A DNA stretch of 64,000 bases from the NCBI GenBank assembly GCA_047495785.1, contig JBLDXI010000025.1, forward strand, positions 620,001 to 684,000, read 5' to 3'. The position numbers and the translations under genes were made by a program. Source of the DNA: Lepidodermella squamata (taxonomy: Eukaryota; Animalia; Gastrotricha). A model generated the notes under the pieces. The model did not search any database. It was not told the origin of the DNA and saw nothing but the letters and a program-made list of their open reading frames with translations. Positions 38,342-50,781 of this stretch are shown in pieces (the first letter of the stretch is position 1; each line of letters begins with the position of its first letter).

Positions 38342-41274
38342 TTATTTATTAGATGGCTGGGTGCTTGAGCTAGCATTGCCCACGCATGCAGCCACGCCAA
38401 GTTTTTCAACCTTAACAGTAAGGGGTGGCAACAAAACCAAGCCCATTATCGCAGAATAGACGAGTTCGATGAAAGCCAGCACTGCGTTGAGCACGCACGG
38501 CTTGTTTGACGAAGCGACCAAAACGAGCATAATCACCCCGGCAGCTAGCATCGTTAGCGCGTTCACTGCAGCTGCTCTGATTAGCTTGCAACTGAGCGCA
38601 AATTCATTAGGCATAATACGCCGCCTGAGATCAACTGAGAACAAATTTGCCAGTGAGATCAACCCAAAATTGTACGCGAGAATAGCGCCTAGCCAGTAGG
38701 TCAGATTCCCAGAGCTGCAAGACGTAACATCTAGCTCGAAATAAGTATCAGCTGCCTCGTCGAAAGCAACCGGATTTTTGAATAGAACAAGCTGCATCGG
38801 CTCTTTTATGATCCAAAGAAGCAGGCCGATGAAGTTGATAGACAAAGCCACGCTCATAGACTGAGACATTTGCAGCTCGTTTCGATACCTATCACTGTGC
38901 AGGGTGGAAACGCGACTTTGAATGACAATGCCATGTGCTTCGTAAGATTGTGCACTCGGTCGAACCCTGAATGATCGTTTCCACCTAGCAAGATGGTTGA
39001 TGTAACGAATAGCTCTGTTATTCACTCGATAGGTCCTCACGCGGACGAACTTGCTGTAGACTAAAATTTGACTGAAAAGCAGACTGTGAAGCATGCTCAA
39101 GCTTATCGATAGCAGAACTATTCTCCATCTGCATTCCGTTTCCGGTGAATAATCATGACCAATGATTAGGAAAACCGCAGATCCATTCAAGCCTAAACAG
39201 GCGAAGAACACGTAGTACTTCTTCCAATTGCTATAAAACGTCTCCGGTTTTGCTCGGGCTGTTGCCGTCAGGAGAAGGACTTGCATCATTGTCACAGATA
39301 CCGCCAAACAGGCGACAATTCCACTCATTATTCTGCCGCAGTAGCCAATCCTTAGTTCAATGTTAGAAAGGTCTCTTGGAGGAAGTCCTGTTTTTGTAGC
39401 CCAGATCGGATCAGCGATTATTTGGTATGCGAATGACCGCTTCTCGTGGTTGTACGGCAGATGTGCCAGGCGACGGAGCTGCAGGTTGTAAGCTTGCATT
39501 ATCGTTAGGTCTTGATACATTTCACCATTCTCATCTCGTTTGATTCTGGGATTTCGAAATCCAACTGCATCAACTTCTGCCGTGGTCCGATTCGCAACGC
39601 GGTATATCAGAGCCTTGTATCTCGGATCCTTGAAGTCAGCCAAAGAGAGGTTGTAGCTTTGCTTGAGGATAGCCTCGGTTTTGTTCAAGGCTAGCAAAGC
39701 CAGCATATGAGCATCATGGTTACCGTTTGAAATATTATCAGAAGTAACTTTGGTTCCCGACATTTTCTCCTCTGTAGCTATCGTCATTCTATCGTAGTCA
39801 GCTAGGCTCATTCTCAGACTTGACGTCCCTGAATTTTCTAAAGAACGGACCGGAATTCCAACAACAAACAGCGCTGATAGTTGGACGTCGACGATCTCCC
39901 TAGTACAACCATCCGAAATGTAGGCGTCTCGATCCAAGTTCCACGTCAGACAAGCTGGAATAGATGCGATGAAATGATACAGCGGTGGCCTTATTCCATT
40001 GTGGTAAGCTTTGCATAAGAGAATCTGGCATTCCCAAGCGCCATAGGGGAAAATTAGGACGATCCTGACTCTTTGCAAGGGTAAAAGATCATCGTCATCC
40101 GTATCACCGAACCAAAATGACCCAACAGATTCGCTGACTTCGATGTTGTTCGCTGTCAAGATTTTGTAAGTCTCCACGGCTAACATGGGAACATCGCGGA
40201 GCCACCATGAGTAGATCATACCAACACGCTTCCATCCACCGAGGCTTCTAATAGCCTCCAAGAATGCGTATTTGTATGTGCTGACAGATCCCAGGATAGT
40301 GTATAGGTTATTGAAGAATACACGTCGCCTCGATTCGATATATGGTCCAGCGCAGCTTTGCGAGGTCTATTCGCGTGTTTCAAATTATTATTCAAATTCG
40401 ATAAGAAGAGGAAAGCAAACTCAAGATTTAAATTTTTTTAATAGAATCATATAACAATGACGCCAAATTTCAGCCGTTCAACAATTTCTTGATAATTACA
40501 AATATATCATTTCTAAGTTAAATTCTGAAATATTTGCAAGCATCCTTTGAAACTTCAAACTGGAGAAAATAATTTCCAAGGGTGTTTATTTTGTTCTTCA
40601 ACACAGGTTCAATACAGGTGGCACTATCGAATAATAATTTTCCAACTTCCAAGTCTACAATTTCGCATAGACCTTTTGCATATATAGTAGGTGATTAGTT
40701 CTAAGCTTCTTAACGAATTTACAGATATAATTCTGATAGTCCGTTATTGTCAGTTTTGATCATAGAGATCAGATTAACCTGATCTCTATGGTTTTGATTA
40801 AAATCTGCGAGTCTCTTCAGTGGCATAATTTTGTTTATATGCATTCAGAGGCATACTATGGCCCTCATGAAGATCCTACATGTTAATACATGTTAAGAGC
40901 TCATTTTAAGAGTCCCGCAACATAAATAAGGTAGGGATAATTATAATCCTTACCATAACCATTTTCATGCCACAATACGTGCCTGCCGACGTGTCGCAAT
41001 CACCATCAGGTCCCACCAAAACGGGTGACAAGTAGGTTCCCTCCGGCAGCTCCATCTCGAATAGCTCCCTAGCACGCACGTTACTCGCGTTTTCGACTAC
41101 ATATTTCATGGCATACGGAACGATTTCGTAGTCAGCCAACAGTTTCGATGTGTTTTGTGAATACTCAGCTAGAACATAAGCGCTTGTTGGGTCCGCAACC
41201 GGCCACAGTAGCCTCGGCTTCGCGGCATAGTTGACAGAGATTATTACTGATAGAAGTAGAAGGCTTGTCATCAT
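38342..41274 (-). CDS. GABA-B-like class C GPCR, paralog F (exons 41274-40954, 40366-38342); closest to A
   Basis: Full-length similarity, same phase-0 intron, C-terminus SSSTQPSN shared with A. Confidence 0.88.
40761..40790. mobile_element. 30 bp DNA-transposon remnant (P-element-like excision footprint) with 8 bp TSD
   Basis: GTTTTGAT-[CATAGAGATCAG ATTAAC CTGATCTCTATG]-GTTTTGAT. Confidence 0.75.
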
Positions 41275-41686
41275 TTCCGCGAGACACAATTCTTAGGTTT
41301 TTTCTGAGTAGAACTAACTATTATGCTCGTAATCACAGCTGAGGATTGACCTAGCTAGTTAGTGTGACTGAACGTGATTTCAGTCGAATATCATGAGAAT
41401 GCCAGAGACGAGGAGGGGTAGCTTGACAAATTAGCGAGATCCCTAACAGTTCGCATCTTAATTTCAACTTCTGGCCTAAAAGACGAGTCACCGACAGAGA
41501 ATCGTAACTTTTTCCGCACATCAGCCAATATGGGGAGAAACGTGGTGTGAGATCGCCCCAAGCGATTTTTATCAGCTATTGCCAACATCTTTTTCTAACA
41601 TATTTATTTATCAGCACGTCAAAGAAACACATTTTAATCGGGCAATCAGTAAATCAATTCCTTCAATGGTTTCCTGTCATTTTGAT

Positions 41687-41749
41687 GCCCTCCACGCCCT
41701 CCACGCCCTCCACGCCCTCCACGCCCTCCACGCCCTCCACGCCTACCAC
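41687..41749 (+). repeat. 9 bp minisatellite (GCCCTCCAC) x7
   Basis: Six perfect units and one variant unit. Confidence 0.9.
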
Positions 41750-42369
41750 GTCGAGCACGACTTGCTCGGCCAGCAGCACGACCGCGCTTCGCAACGCGAC
41801 CAGAATTGCCTCGCGCGGGACCGGGCGGTCTTCCTCGCCTTGGTCGAGTAGAAGTTTCGGCAATACGAACGGCCAACGGAATCGAGCGCAAATGACTGGG
41901 AATGCGGTAGACTCCAAGGAAGTCTCGCAGCGCGACCCAATGGGCGCAGGCTTTCTTCTTTGAGCCCAGTGCACAAGAGCAGAAGGTGTTATTTTCGCTC
42001 TCCAAAGAAAAGAGAAAGACGCCATGAGAGCTTCCGGTTGGTAGTCGGGCATTCTTGACACCTTGGAACAACGCCACTAGCCACCAGTACCTTGGTTTTT
42101 GACGGCTTTCGCACGATCTTGCGGGTTGCGTCGACTTGGAGGCACTTGATGTTGTCGTTTTTCTCGATCAGCTTAGGCGTTTACACGACAACGGACCATT
42201 TAGGTGGAAGGCTATTCACGATCTCGTAGTGGATGACGTATGGCTTGTCCGGGTCGGCCGTTCGCTCAAGTCGAGTTGATCGGCAGTCAAGAGTTGAGCG
42301 TTGGCTTTAGAACCCCAGTCACCCGACGTCATCCACGTGATATTGAAAATGAAGAAGAGGATGACAAAA

Positions 42370-42540
42370 ACGCATTGTATTTGTTAGTCATTTTACCAGT
42401 GCATTCATTATTTTTCACACAGAATGTGAGCTATTAGTATACCTAATATTATTATGCGCGCGTATAGTACTGTTTATAGTGCGCAGTACTCTGTATAGGA
42501 ATTTGTTTCTCGCTGGTCGCCTTAAGCGCAAAATCATCGA
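42370..42540. mobile_element. Diverged solo terminus of the foldback family at 6133-10150
   Basis: Aligns by eye to ~9980-10150 (…GTGCGCAGTACTCTGTATAGGAATTT…AGCGCAAAATCATCGA). Confidence 0.8.
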
Positions 42541-42586
42541 AATATCAAAGAGCATCTGCATTTGAGCGATTAAAATTATAAATTGA

Positions 42587-43180
42587 GCTTGGGAATTGGG
42601 AATGCCAGATTTTTCTATGCAAGGCCTATCACATCGGTATCAGACCGCCATTGTACCATTTCATGTCGCGTACATCAGCTTGCTTGTCATAGAACTTACC
42701 GCGAGATCAATACATTTCAGAAAACTGTTCCAGAGAAATTGTTGACATTCAACTATCAGCAATGTTTGCTATAGTTTGCTGATTGGCATACCAATCGTGG
42801 CTTCCGATATTCCGAAACAAACCAGCCTCGGGATGAGCCCTTCCGAATACGACGATTTGCTGGACGTGAAACGCCGCGAGTTGGGGTATACTTCACTAAT
42901 AGGCCTTGACCGTTATGGTGAGCATGATGCGAATATGTTTACGCTGCTCGTCCTGAACAGAATTGAAGCATCGTTAAACCAGGATTACAATCTATCATTG
43001 GCTGACTTTAAAGATCTGATGTACAAACGCTTGATGTATGAAGTGCCGCGGAGCTCGAAGCGGTTGGATTTCGAAATCCTAGAACCAAGAGAGACATGAA
43101 TGGAGAGATGTATCAAGATATACCAATAATGCAAGCGTACAAATTGCAACCTCGCCGAGTGGGCTATCTAGCGTATGATT
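42587..43180 (+). pseudogene. Class C GPCR internal fragment G, similar to paralog B
   Basis: GIPIVASDIP..SLGMSPSEYD..IGLDRYGEHD matches B. Contains premature stops and frameshifts and is bounded by TE sequence. Confidence 0.85.
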
Positions 43181-43208
43181 TCAATTAATTGAAATAATTT
43201 TATATGGC

Positions 43209-46178
43209 TTACATTGCTGGACCGAAATCATCGATCTGATCACCGTAGTGCCGCATGAAATGGTGCTTTGTTCTTATGAACGCTGTGCCATACAACGAAA
43301 CGAGATTTTTGATGTAGCCGTCGACAAGAGCCATCAATTCGCGCAAATCATTCGGGTAAAACAGCGGCGAAAACAAATAGCCGCCCAATCTGAGGCCGGA
43401 CTGGAAAACAACCCAATGCTTCGATTTGTAAAACTTTTCAGCATTTCGAAGCGGGAAATTGCTCAGCAGAAATGATAGCCTGTAGCACAGGGTTCGCAAC
43501 TGAGCGCCGCTGAGATTGATAGATATTTTCTTCGTCTTCGCATGAATTTTAAAATTGCCAAGAGGCTTTCCTTCGTGCTTCGCGAGCCGATCCCAACGAA
43601 ATTTCTTGATGTGCGCATTGAATTCAGGAATTGAGAGTCCATAGACGCTTTTGAGAATTTCTAGAACCATGAGCAGATTGTAGAAAAATATGCCCTCAGC
43701 AACGTCATGGAGGAGATCGGACAATTTAAGCAGCTTGGAAATAATTCGGCCAAAAATTCCGTATCCAACAACGCACATCTGCCTCCGCTCATTCCCGTCT
43801 CAGTTTGCCTATAAAATATAGAATTGTCGTCAAAAATATAGGTCGAGTCGCTATGACAATTCGATATTTTACGGTATAACATTCGTAAATCGTTCATATC
43901 TGAACTCGCCGCACTCGATTTACTCATCGCAACTCGCCTCCGGCTCGTTCCGACTCGTAAATCTCGGGCGGCTCCGTACAGATATAAACGTTTTACTCAT
44001 GTCATACCATACAAATATAAAAATCCTTTGAAATCTTGATCAGAAAAATATTTGCGGATACGGAAAATTGAATAGGGACTGAATAAATGAATTCACTGAA
44101 TAAATTAGTCAAAAAATAATCGATAAACTGATGAAGAGAAGTTTCCTAATTTGAAACAGAATTTTTTGTAATTTTTGGAAAATTTTCGAAATCGGAATGA
44201 ATTTCCATAAATTCAAATTTGAAAATACTTTCGAAGTTCAGGTTTCGATGTGGTCGAAGCCAAATCGACTCTTTCCGTCAGGCATTTGCGACATGGTACA
44301 CGGCCCAAGCTGAAACCGAGTAAGAATCCTCCGATTTCATGAGCCGCCGGCGAATCAGCCGCATTTCCAATTGGAACAATTCGGACGGTACCAGGAAACG
44401 CAGGACTTGTAATCTCCTCATTGATTTCTTCATTCAGCCTCGCGATGACTTTGTTCAACGCTGAAATTTTAATCAGGAGTTCAACAACTGAAAAAATTGA
44501 AAATAATGAGAAAATACCCGCTGTTTTAGCTGCTCCCGTTCCCAAGTCAGCCGATTTAGCCAGCGCTAAATTGAAGACTGAATCAGACGTCGACAAATCT
44601 TCAGGTGTTTCCACATAAGACCAGTGAAAGGCCGCCAACTTCGTGCCCTTCAAAAAAGGGCCTATCGCCGAGCCAGCAACAAATTCGTCGTAATAAACTA
44701 TGATGAGAACGCAATAGTCAGCTTCGATTTGCTCGAGCAGCCATTGAACCTTTCTGCCATCCAAAACGGACGAAATTTTCCCATCTAGTACATTTCAACA
44801 AATGAAAAAGCCGTGAATCAAAAGAAATTACGATTTGATGCGCTTCGATCATTAAAATTTTAAAACTAAACGAATACGTGGAATAAAACTCAGAACAATC
44901 CAGCCGTGTTCAGGCGATGAAACGCCGTTGGAAGTAGTGAAAAAGTCAGTTATGTGTAAAGAAGTGGTTAATATGTGAAGAGTGGTGAGTAGTTATCACA
45001 GCGAATCGCCTAAACATGGCGGACTGAGACCAAGTTCATTCCACTCTCAAAAATCAGCGCAGAAAAATCAATCAAAATTACCTGAAATTAATAATTTGAA
45101 TTCTAATATTTCAGAATTATTATTTGCAGCTATTTTTTTATGTAATTTCATTACTCTCCCGCAAGTCAATATATTTCGCAAATATTACCTAATCGAGGTC
45201 TCACTAGTCTCGTTTTCAACTGCAAATTGCGGAATTTATCGCTGGCTTCCATAGCTTGACGAACTTGCGAGGTGACTTCCAAGTAAAGCCATTTGCCATC
45301 GAAAAGTTCCTCGATCGTTATCGTACTTGGCATTTCCTAGTAAAAAAAAACATACCTTATCGAGTAAAAAATTAGCGGGGATTTTATGGGAGTTTGGTTC
45401 TACTTTTTATTTTCCCATTTACAGAATATTTCGTTGAAGTATGTAATCATCTTTGAAAAATTCAAAAAGTAAAATCTCGATTTAAAAAAATAAAATCGGC
45501 AAAAAAATTCAAAAAATATATAACGTCAGATTTAATTATAAATTTAATCATCAATTTCGAATTAATTAGGGAAATAAATATTTCTCACAAACCTGGATCG
45601 TTTTTTCTCGGTAGTAATTACTTGTGAGGCCTTTAAATATCACGCTGCTATACGTGAACGCGTTTTCGCGTGGAACAAAGACGCATAACAAAATCATGAT
45701 CAGCTGAGCGATCAGAGCGAATGCGTAGCTGATAGCCTTCAGCGGTAGGTGGAATCGATATTTCATTTCGAAATAGCCACGACGCAATTTCTGGTTTATT
45801 TTGTGACAAGCCAGAAGTTCGCTCCCAGGCGGTAGCTCGTCGTCAATTGATGGTGTCAAACGCAAGTTGAGTGGGTTTGATTGCTCCTCGGCCTGATGCT
45901 GATTTGTTGGCTCGGCATTCTCATCTTGCGGGGGATCCAAGAATTCCGTCAAGCGTGCTCTTTTCGCTTGACGCTTTTCGCTTGACGCTTTTCGCTTGAC
46001 GCTTTTCGCTTGACGCTTTTCGCTTGACGCTTTTCGCTTGACGCTTTTCGCTTGACGCTTTTCGCTTCAGCTCATCAGGCGTTGGGTGCAAATCCGTCTC
46101 GTGTTTGTTCCTAGTACTCTTGCGAAACGTCCAATAATTGCAATCCTCCGAACGGCGGCAATAATAGCGGTTATCCAT
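43209..46178 (-). pseudogene. EnSpm/CACTA-type transposase, multi-exon, 3'-truncated
   Basis: N-terminal C2H2-like finger, then YYDEF..SAIG..KLAAFHWS, ADSPAAHEIGGF..FS..PCRKC, DLLHDVAEG and KHHFMRHY..IDDFGP, as in animal CMC transposases. Confidence 0.8.
45961..46067 (+). repeat. 14 bp minisatellite (TTTTCGCTTGACGC) x7.6 in the first exon of the transposase
   Basis: Seven perfect units plus 9 bp. Confidence 0.95.
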
Positions 46179-46351
46179 ATTAATTAATAACTACAAAAAA
46201 GATATGATATTATGAGCAACAAAAATCCTCATTTTAGTGCATTTACACTACTGTAGTAACCAGCTATAGCTCCTATTGCTGTTATAGGTGTGGTATCTAG
46301 ATTAACATCAATTTTCTCCATCATCTACAAAACAATCAGTTCAAGTGAAAC

Positions 46352-49300
46352 TCATTTTTTCTTGATGAGAAAACTTTCATCGGGGATTCGGGAAGCTTTC
46401 GCCGGACCACGTACGCGTTTTTTCGACTGATCCTTGGCTGACGAAGTTCCAACCCTTGATGTCGATGGCGATGTGCCGCTTGCCGAACGCGTTCGGCTGA
46501 TAATCGTAGCATCGGCGGCTGGTACGAGAATCGTTAAGTTCGAACTTGTCGTTGGCTCCAGCGCCACAGTGGCACTAACAGGTACAGGTACAGATACAGG
46601 TCCTGGCGGAGGGTGGCCAAATGCTTCCTCTCCTTCCTCACCTTCTTCCTCGTTTTCTCCTTCATCTCCTTCAAAACCAGGAGCGGCCGGCTGCACTGGT
46701 TCGGCACTTGTGGACGGCTCGAGCTTCGGTTTTTTTATTTTTAGATGGTTTTTCAAATAGCTGCGAATTCTATCTTTAAAATGTTTCTGCAAAAATAATA
46801 ATAATAATAATAATATAATAATAATGTTTTTATTTATCCTCTTCGGGACTGAGCGTCGTGTACCGTTTCCGGTTTTGAAGAGGGCGAAGGCAGGCGAAGA
46901 ATGATCCTCACCCACCCCCACAGTCGAGGATTCTGCTTTTTGTATAGAATTCGTAATTTTCAATCGAGTTAACAACCATGTGCCATTCATCTTTTTCAAA
47001 AGAAACCGATTCCGCTAGTTGGACATCGGGAATAATTTTGATCTCAAAATCCTTTTCGCCGGGATTTTTTCTATTTTCTCGTTTCTTAGTGGCTTTATTT
47101 TTCTTATCCTTGACCTTATTGTTCTTATTGGTTTTCTTTTTCCGGCGAATTTCCTTAGTAAGACCTACTTTAATTAGGCTTCTATGCACTCCGTTGATCC
47201 ATCTGGTTCGAGGTCTACCTCTGGGTGCAAACCACCCAAGCGGAGGCGTCCAAATATATATTTTGTGTATTAGTCCTTCTACGTCATAGTCACGTGACCT
47301 AATTATGTGCCCTAGATACCTTAGCCTTTGTTTTTCAACAATGCGGCTCACTTCAATGAGACCTCCGCATAACGCAAGTCGAATGTCTATATTTGGAATA
47401 TAGTCCATTAGGTGGACACCTACTATAGATCGAAGCCATCGATATTCTATAGTGTTTAGTCTATTTTCTTGGGCTATCGATATGTTCCACGATTCGCAGG
47501 CGTAAATGATGGTAGGTATTATAACACATGTCAGTACCTTAAGTTTTGTAGCTATGGAAACCTGACTTTTGTTGCACATGAATTTATTCATGGCGCCGAA
47601 AACACTGCCTGCCTTAGAAATTCTGTAGTTTAGTTCCTCATCGATTTTGCCGTCACTGGTAATAATACTGCCTAAATATTTAAATTTGGTCACTTTTTCG
47701 AGTTTTTTCCCGTTCAATTCCAATTCGTAATTTTGAGTGGCTGACTCGTCTCTAGAAATAATCATATATTGAGTTTTTGCCGCGTTAATTTTCAGACCCA
47801 ATTCGGTGCAAGCCAAATCGAAAATGTGAAGTAGTCGTGAAATTTCGTCGTGGTTCATGCCTAAAAGTGTTCCGTCGTCAGCAAACGCTAGTAAATTTAG
47901 GAAATCAGTCTCGCTCATAGCGGTCTCGCTGTTTGCGGTCTCGCTGTTTGCGGTCTCGCTAATAGGAAAGCCTAATTTTTCAGCAGATATTTTTTCGCAA
48001 ATTTTGTTGAAGGTCGCTATGAATAGCAAAGGAGACAACGGGCAACCCTGTCTTAGTCCCCTGGTAACATAGAAGAAATCCGAGAGCTCAGAATCGACTC
48101 TAACAGCAACTTTATTTACTTTATATAGACTTTGAATAGCTTCAATTAAGCTGGGTTCTACACCCATATTTTGGAGGGCGGCCCATACTTTTTCCCTGTC
48201 CACCAGATCATAGGCTTTTTCGAGATCGATGAAGACTAGGTGGAGTTCCTTCTTAAAGAATATAATTTTCTCAATAATTTGTCGGAGAACGTAAATGCAG
48301 TCTCTGGTGCCCTTGAGGGGTTGAAAACCAAATTGCAGTTTAGAAATTTTTGACCCAATTAATGCTCTCAATTTTCGTTCGAGAATAATGGCATAGAGTT
48401 TTCCTACAACACTTAAGAGGCTGATGCCTCTGTAATTTTGGCATTTTGATTTCTCACCTTTATTTTTATAAATTGGGGTAATTATAGCCGTTGACCATTC
48501 TTCTGGGACCCTCTTATCTATCCAAGCTCGATTCAAAATTTCCCTGAGCCATTCAATATTGGCCTCGCTCAGAGCTTTGATCATTTCGGGTCTTACTTCA
48601 TCTATACCCGGGGCTTTACCGTTTTTCATGTGGTCGATGGCATTTTTAATTTCGGTGAGAGTAATTTCCGTTAAATTTGGATTTTTATCTAATAGAATTT
48701 CGTCGTCGGGGTTATTGGGTTCCTTTTCAAGTCCTTGTAGAAGATCAATGAAATACTTTTTCATAACTTCTAATATTTCGTCAATTCCGCTGGTAAGTGA
48801 GCCGTCTTCTTTTTCAAGAGGATTGGGTTCGCTTTTCTCTCTATTTTCTCCCCTCAATTTTTTTATTTCCAGCCAGAATTTTTTGATATTATCATAATCA
48901 GTCGGATTTTCAAGTAATTTGTCCAATTCAGAAAATTCAGTTTGATCCTTAATAATTTTCAAGCGTTCAAGGGCCTGATTTTTCTCATTTCTAGCTATTG
49001 TATTAAGCAATTTATTAAAAGATTTGATAAATAAAATTAATTTCAAATAAACGCTTTACTCGCTGAATTTTTAGGAAATTAAAAAATTAAGAAAGAAATT
49101 AATACGAGAATTTTTTCCCGAATTTTTTAAGCAATTTTGTTCAAGTTTTTTTGAAGAATTGTTTAGAGAATTTTGCCGAAGATTTTTTTTAGAATTTTAT
49201 AAAACAATTTGTTCTAGAATTTTGCGACGAATTTGTTGAAGAAATTTTTTCAATTATTTTTTCAATTAATTATTTAACAATTATTTGGCCCCAAATTTTA

Positions 49301-50404
49301 ATCTGAGGAATTTTCGAATAATTTTGATCCCACTCACAGATTTTGTCGCTCAACTGTTTACTCAAAATTGCGCGACGTGCGACGTTTCGGAATTTTTTTT
49401 AAAGGAATAGGAAAAAATCCTAATGACTGATCGTGTTCAGAAAATCGGTTTCATTTAGATTAAAAAAGTATCAATCGCGAGCCAAAAAATGAGGGTCAAC
49501 TAATTTTGATCGACGTAAATATCACGAAAACTCTACCTCCTGGTCTGAAAACTGAAAGAGCCAAGTAAACTCCGCCTTGACTGCCGTCAACACCACATCG
49601 GCATGTTCTGGGCTGAGCGATTTCAAGGAAGGATTGTTGACCATAACGTTTCTAGCACACAGTTGGCAAAACTCATCATAACCAGCCTGACAACACTTGT
49701 ACGTGTACATTTCTTTCTGCAACAACGGGGTAAATAATGCGGTCGGTACCGCAAATGTGAACGGTTCAGGTGCAATCTGCCAAAAACACCACGTTTCTTC
49801 ATAATCTTTTATGCAGAAATTTCTAAATTAAATGATTTCAGTACAAAGTGAATTTCTAAATTTTTCTGATAAATCATAAGGTAATGGTTTGGGAAAAAAA
49901 TCGGCGGGGAATTTTTTAGTAATTCATTTGAATTTTTTTAATTCACGAAATACCCGGAAATTCTAAGCGAATTTATTATTCAAAATATAGGACACAATCA
50001 GAATTGATTTTTTGGTGAATTTTCGTTCCACAGCATTTTTTGCACGAAATGGGAAATGCTTTTAATATACTAAAGCGAAAAATTCAGTTGAGAGGGAAAT
50101 TATTTTGGGCCGTTGAAATATCGCGAAATATGGCATGTGAAGTCAAATTAAATACCTGTTGAGGCCCGAGATTGGCCCGAACATTCTTGGCCAGAATGAC
50201 TAGCCCCGCGTTATCGAATATGGCCTGTAAGTTGGCGTCATCGGCGCCAGCCAAATTTCGGATGGTCAAAAAGTTGGCTGAAAAATGATCGAAATGACGA
50301 ATAAGTGATCGCCTCTCGAATGCCACCTTACCGGCTAGCTTCTGGTCGAGTGCCTGCTTCTGGGCCTCTGTCAGAAAGGAAGCTTTCATCACATCGGGAT
50401 CCAT
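46352..50404 (-). CDS. CACTA accessory gene, possibly SAMD3-like (exons 50404-50156, 49776-49537, 46786-46352; ~307 aa)
   Basis: Phase-0 GT-AG junctions give a continuous frame. EMYTYK..ARNVMVNNPSLK..RIRSYLKN resembles ORF2 of animal EnSpm elements. Confidence 0.5.
46793..49046 (-). mobile_element. 5'-truncated RTE-clade LINE; RT ORF 46908-49046 is open
   Basis: NYRGISLL, QFGF, FIDLEKAYD, GLRQGCPLSP, FADD, FKYLGS and RGRPRTRW. (TTA)n tail at 46793-46824. No APE domain. Confidence 0.88.
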
Positions 50405-50781
50405 GTCGAAAATCACGAAAATTGCAAAAATGCGAAAATTGTCATAATATAACTTCGTGCGATGTGCTTTTTCTTGGGTTTTGAATCTTTCAGTGTAACG
50501 TGGGGCCAATTGTTACATAACACAGTGTAAACCGCAACGCAACACCCTTTCGGAATGATTTCAGGAATAGCTTTTTAGCTGAATTTCCGATAACGACACT
50601 AATTATGAACACATTTTCTCGTCTTTGGACGGCGACAAACGCTGGAAAACATGATGATAAATGGTATTTAGCTGAAAAGCTGCCAGTTTATTAGCATCTT
50701 ATTATCTCACAGACAGGCATGGCTGATTACCCACCATTGGCTTTTTATCATCAGCTAATAAACTAAGCTTTTTTCCTAGTG

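Larger units (their letters stand above)
43190..50781 (-). mobile_element. CACTA/EnSpm (CMC superfamily) DNA transposon, one end lost
   Basis: CACTAGGAAAAAAGC terminus at 50781 (minus strand), AT-rich body and two intron-containing genes. No matching second terminus was found. Confidence 0.75.

Noticed and set aside
41646-42077. RGG-repeat or PST-repeat proteins
   Set aside because: Translations of the 9 bp minisatellite with no other support
45961-46067. CRISPR-like array
   Set aside because: Head-to-tail repeats without spacers in a eukaryotic context
46838-46884. Hairpin in the RTE 3'UTR as a hammerhead ribozyme
   Set aside because: No CUGANGA core on the strand that carries GAAA
49046-49064. 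RT spliced in frame to the CACTA accessory gene
   Set aside because: The nearest AG acceptor (49064-49063) is out of phase with the phase-0 donor at 49536
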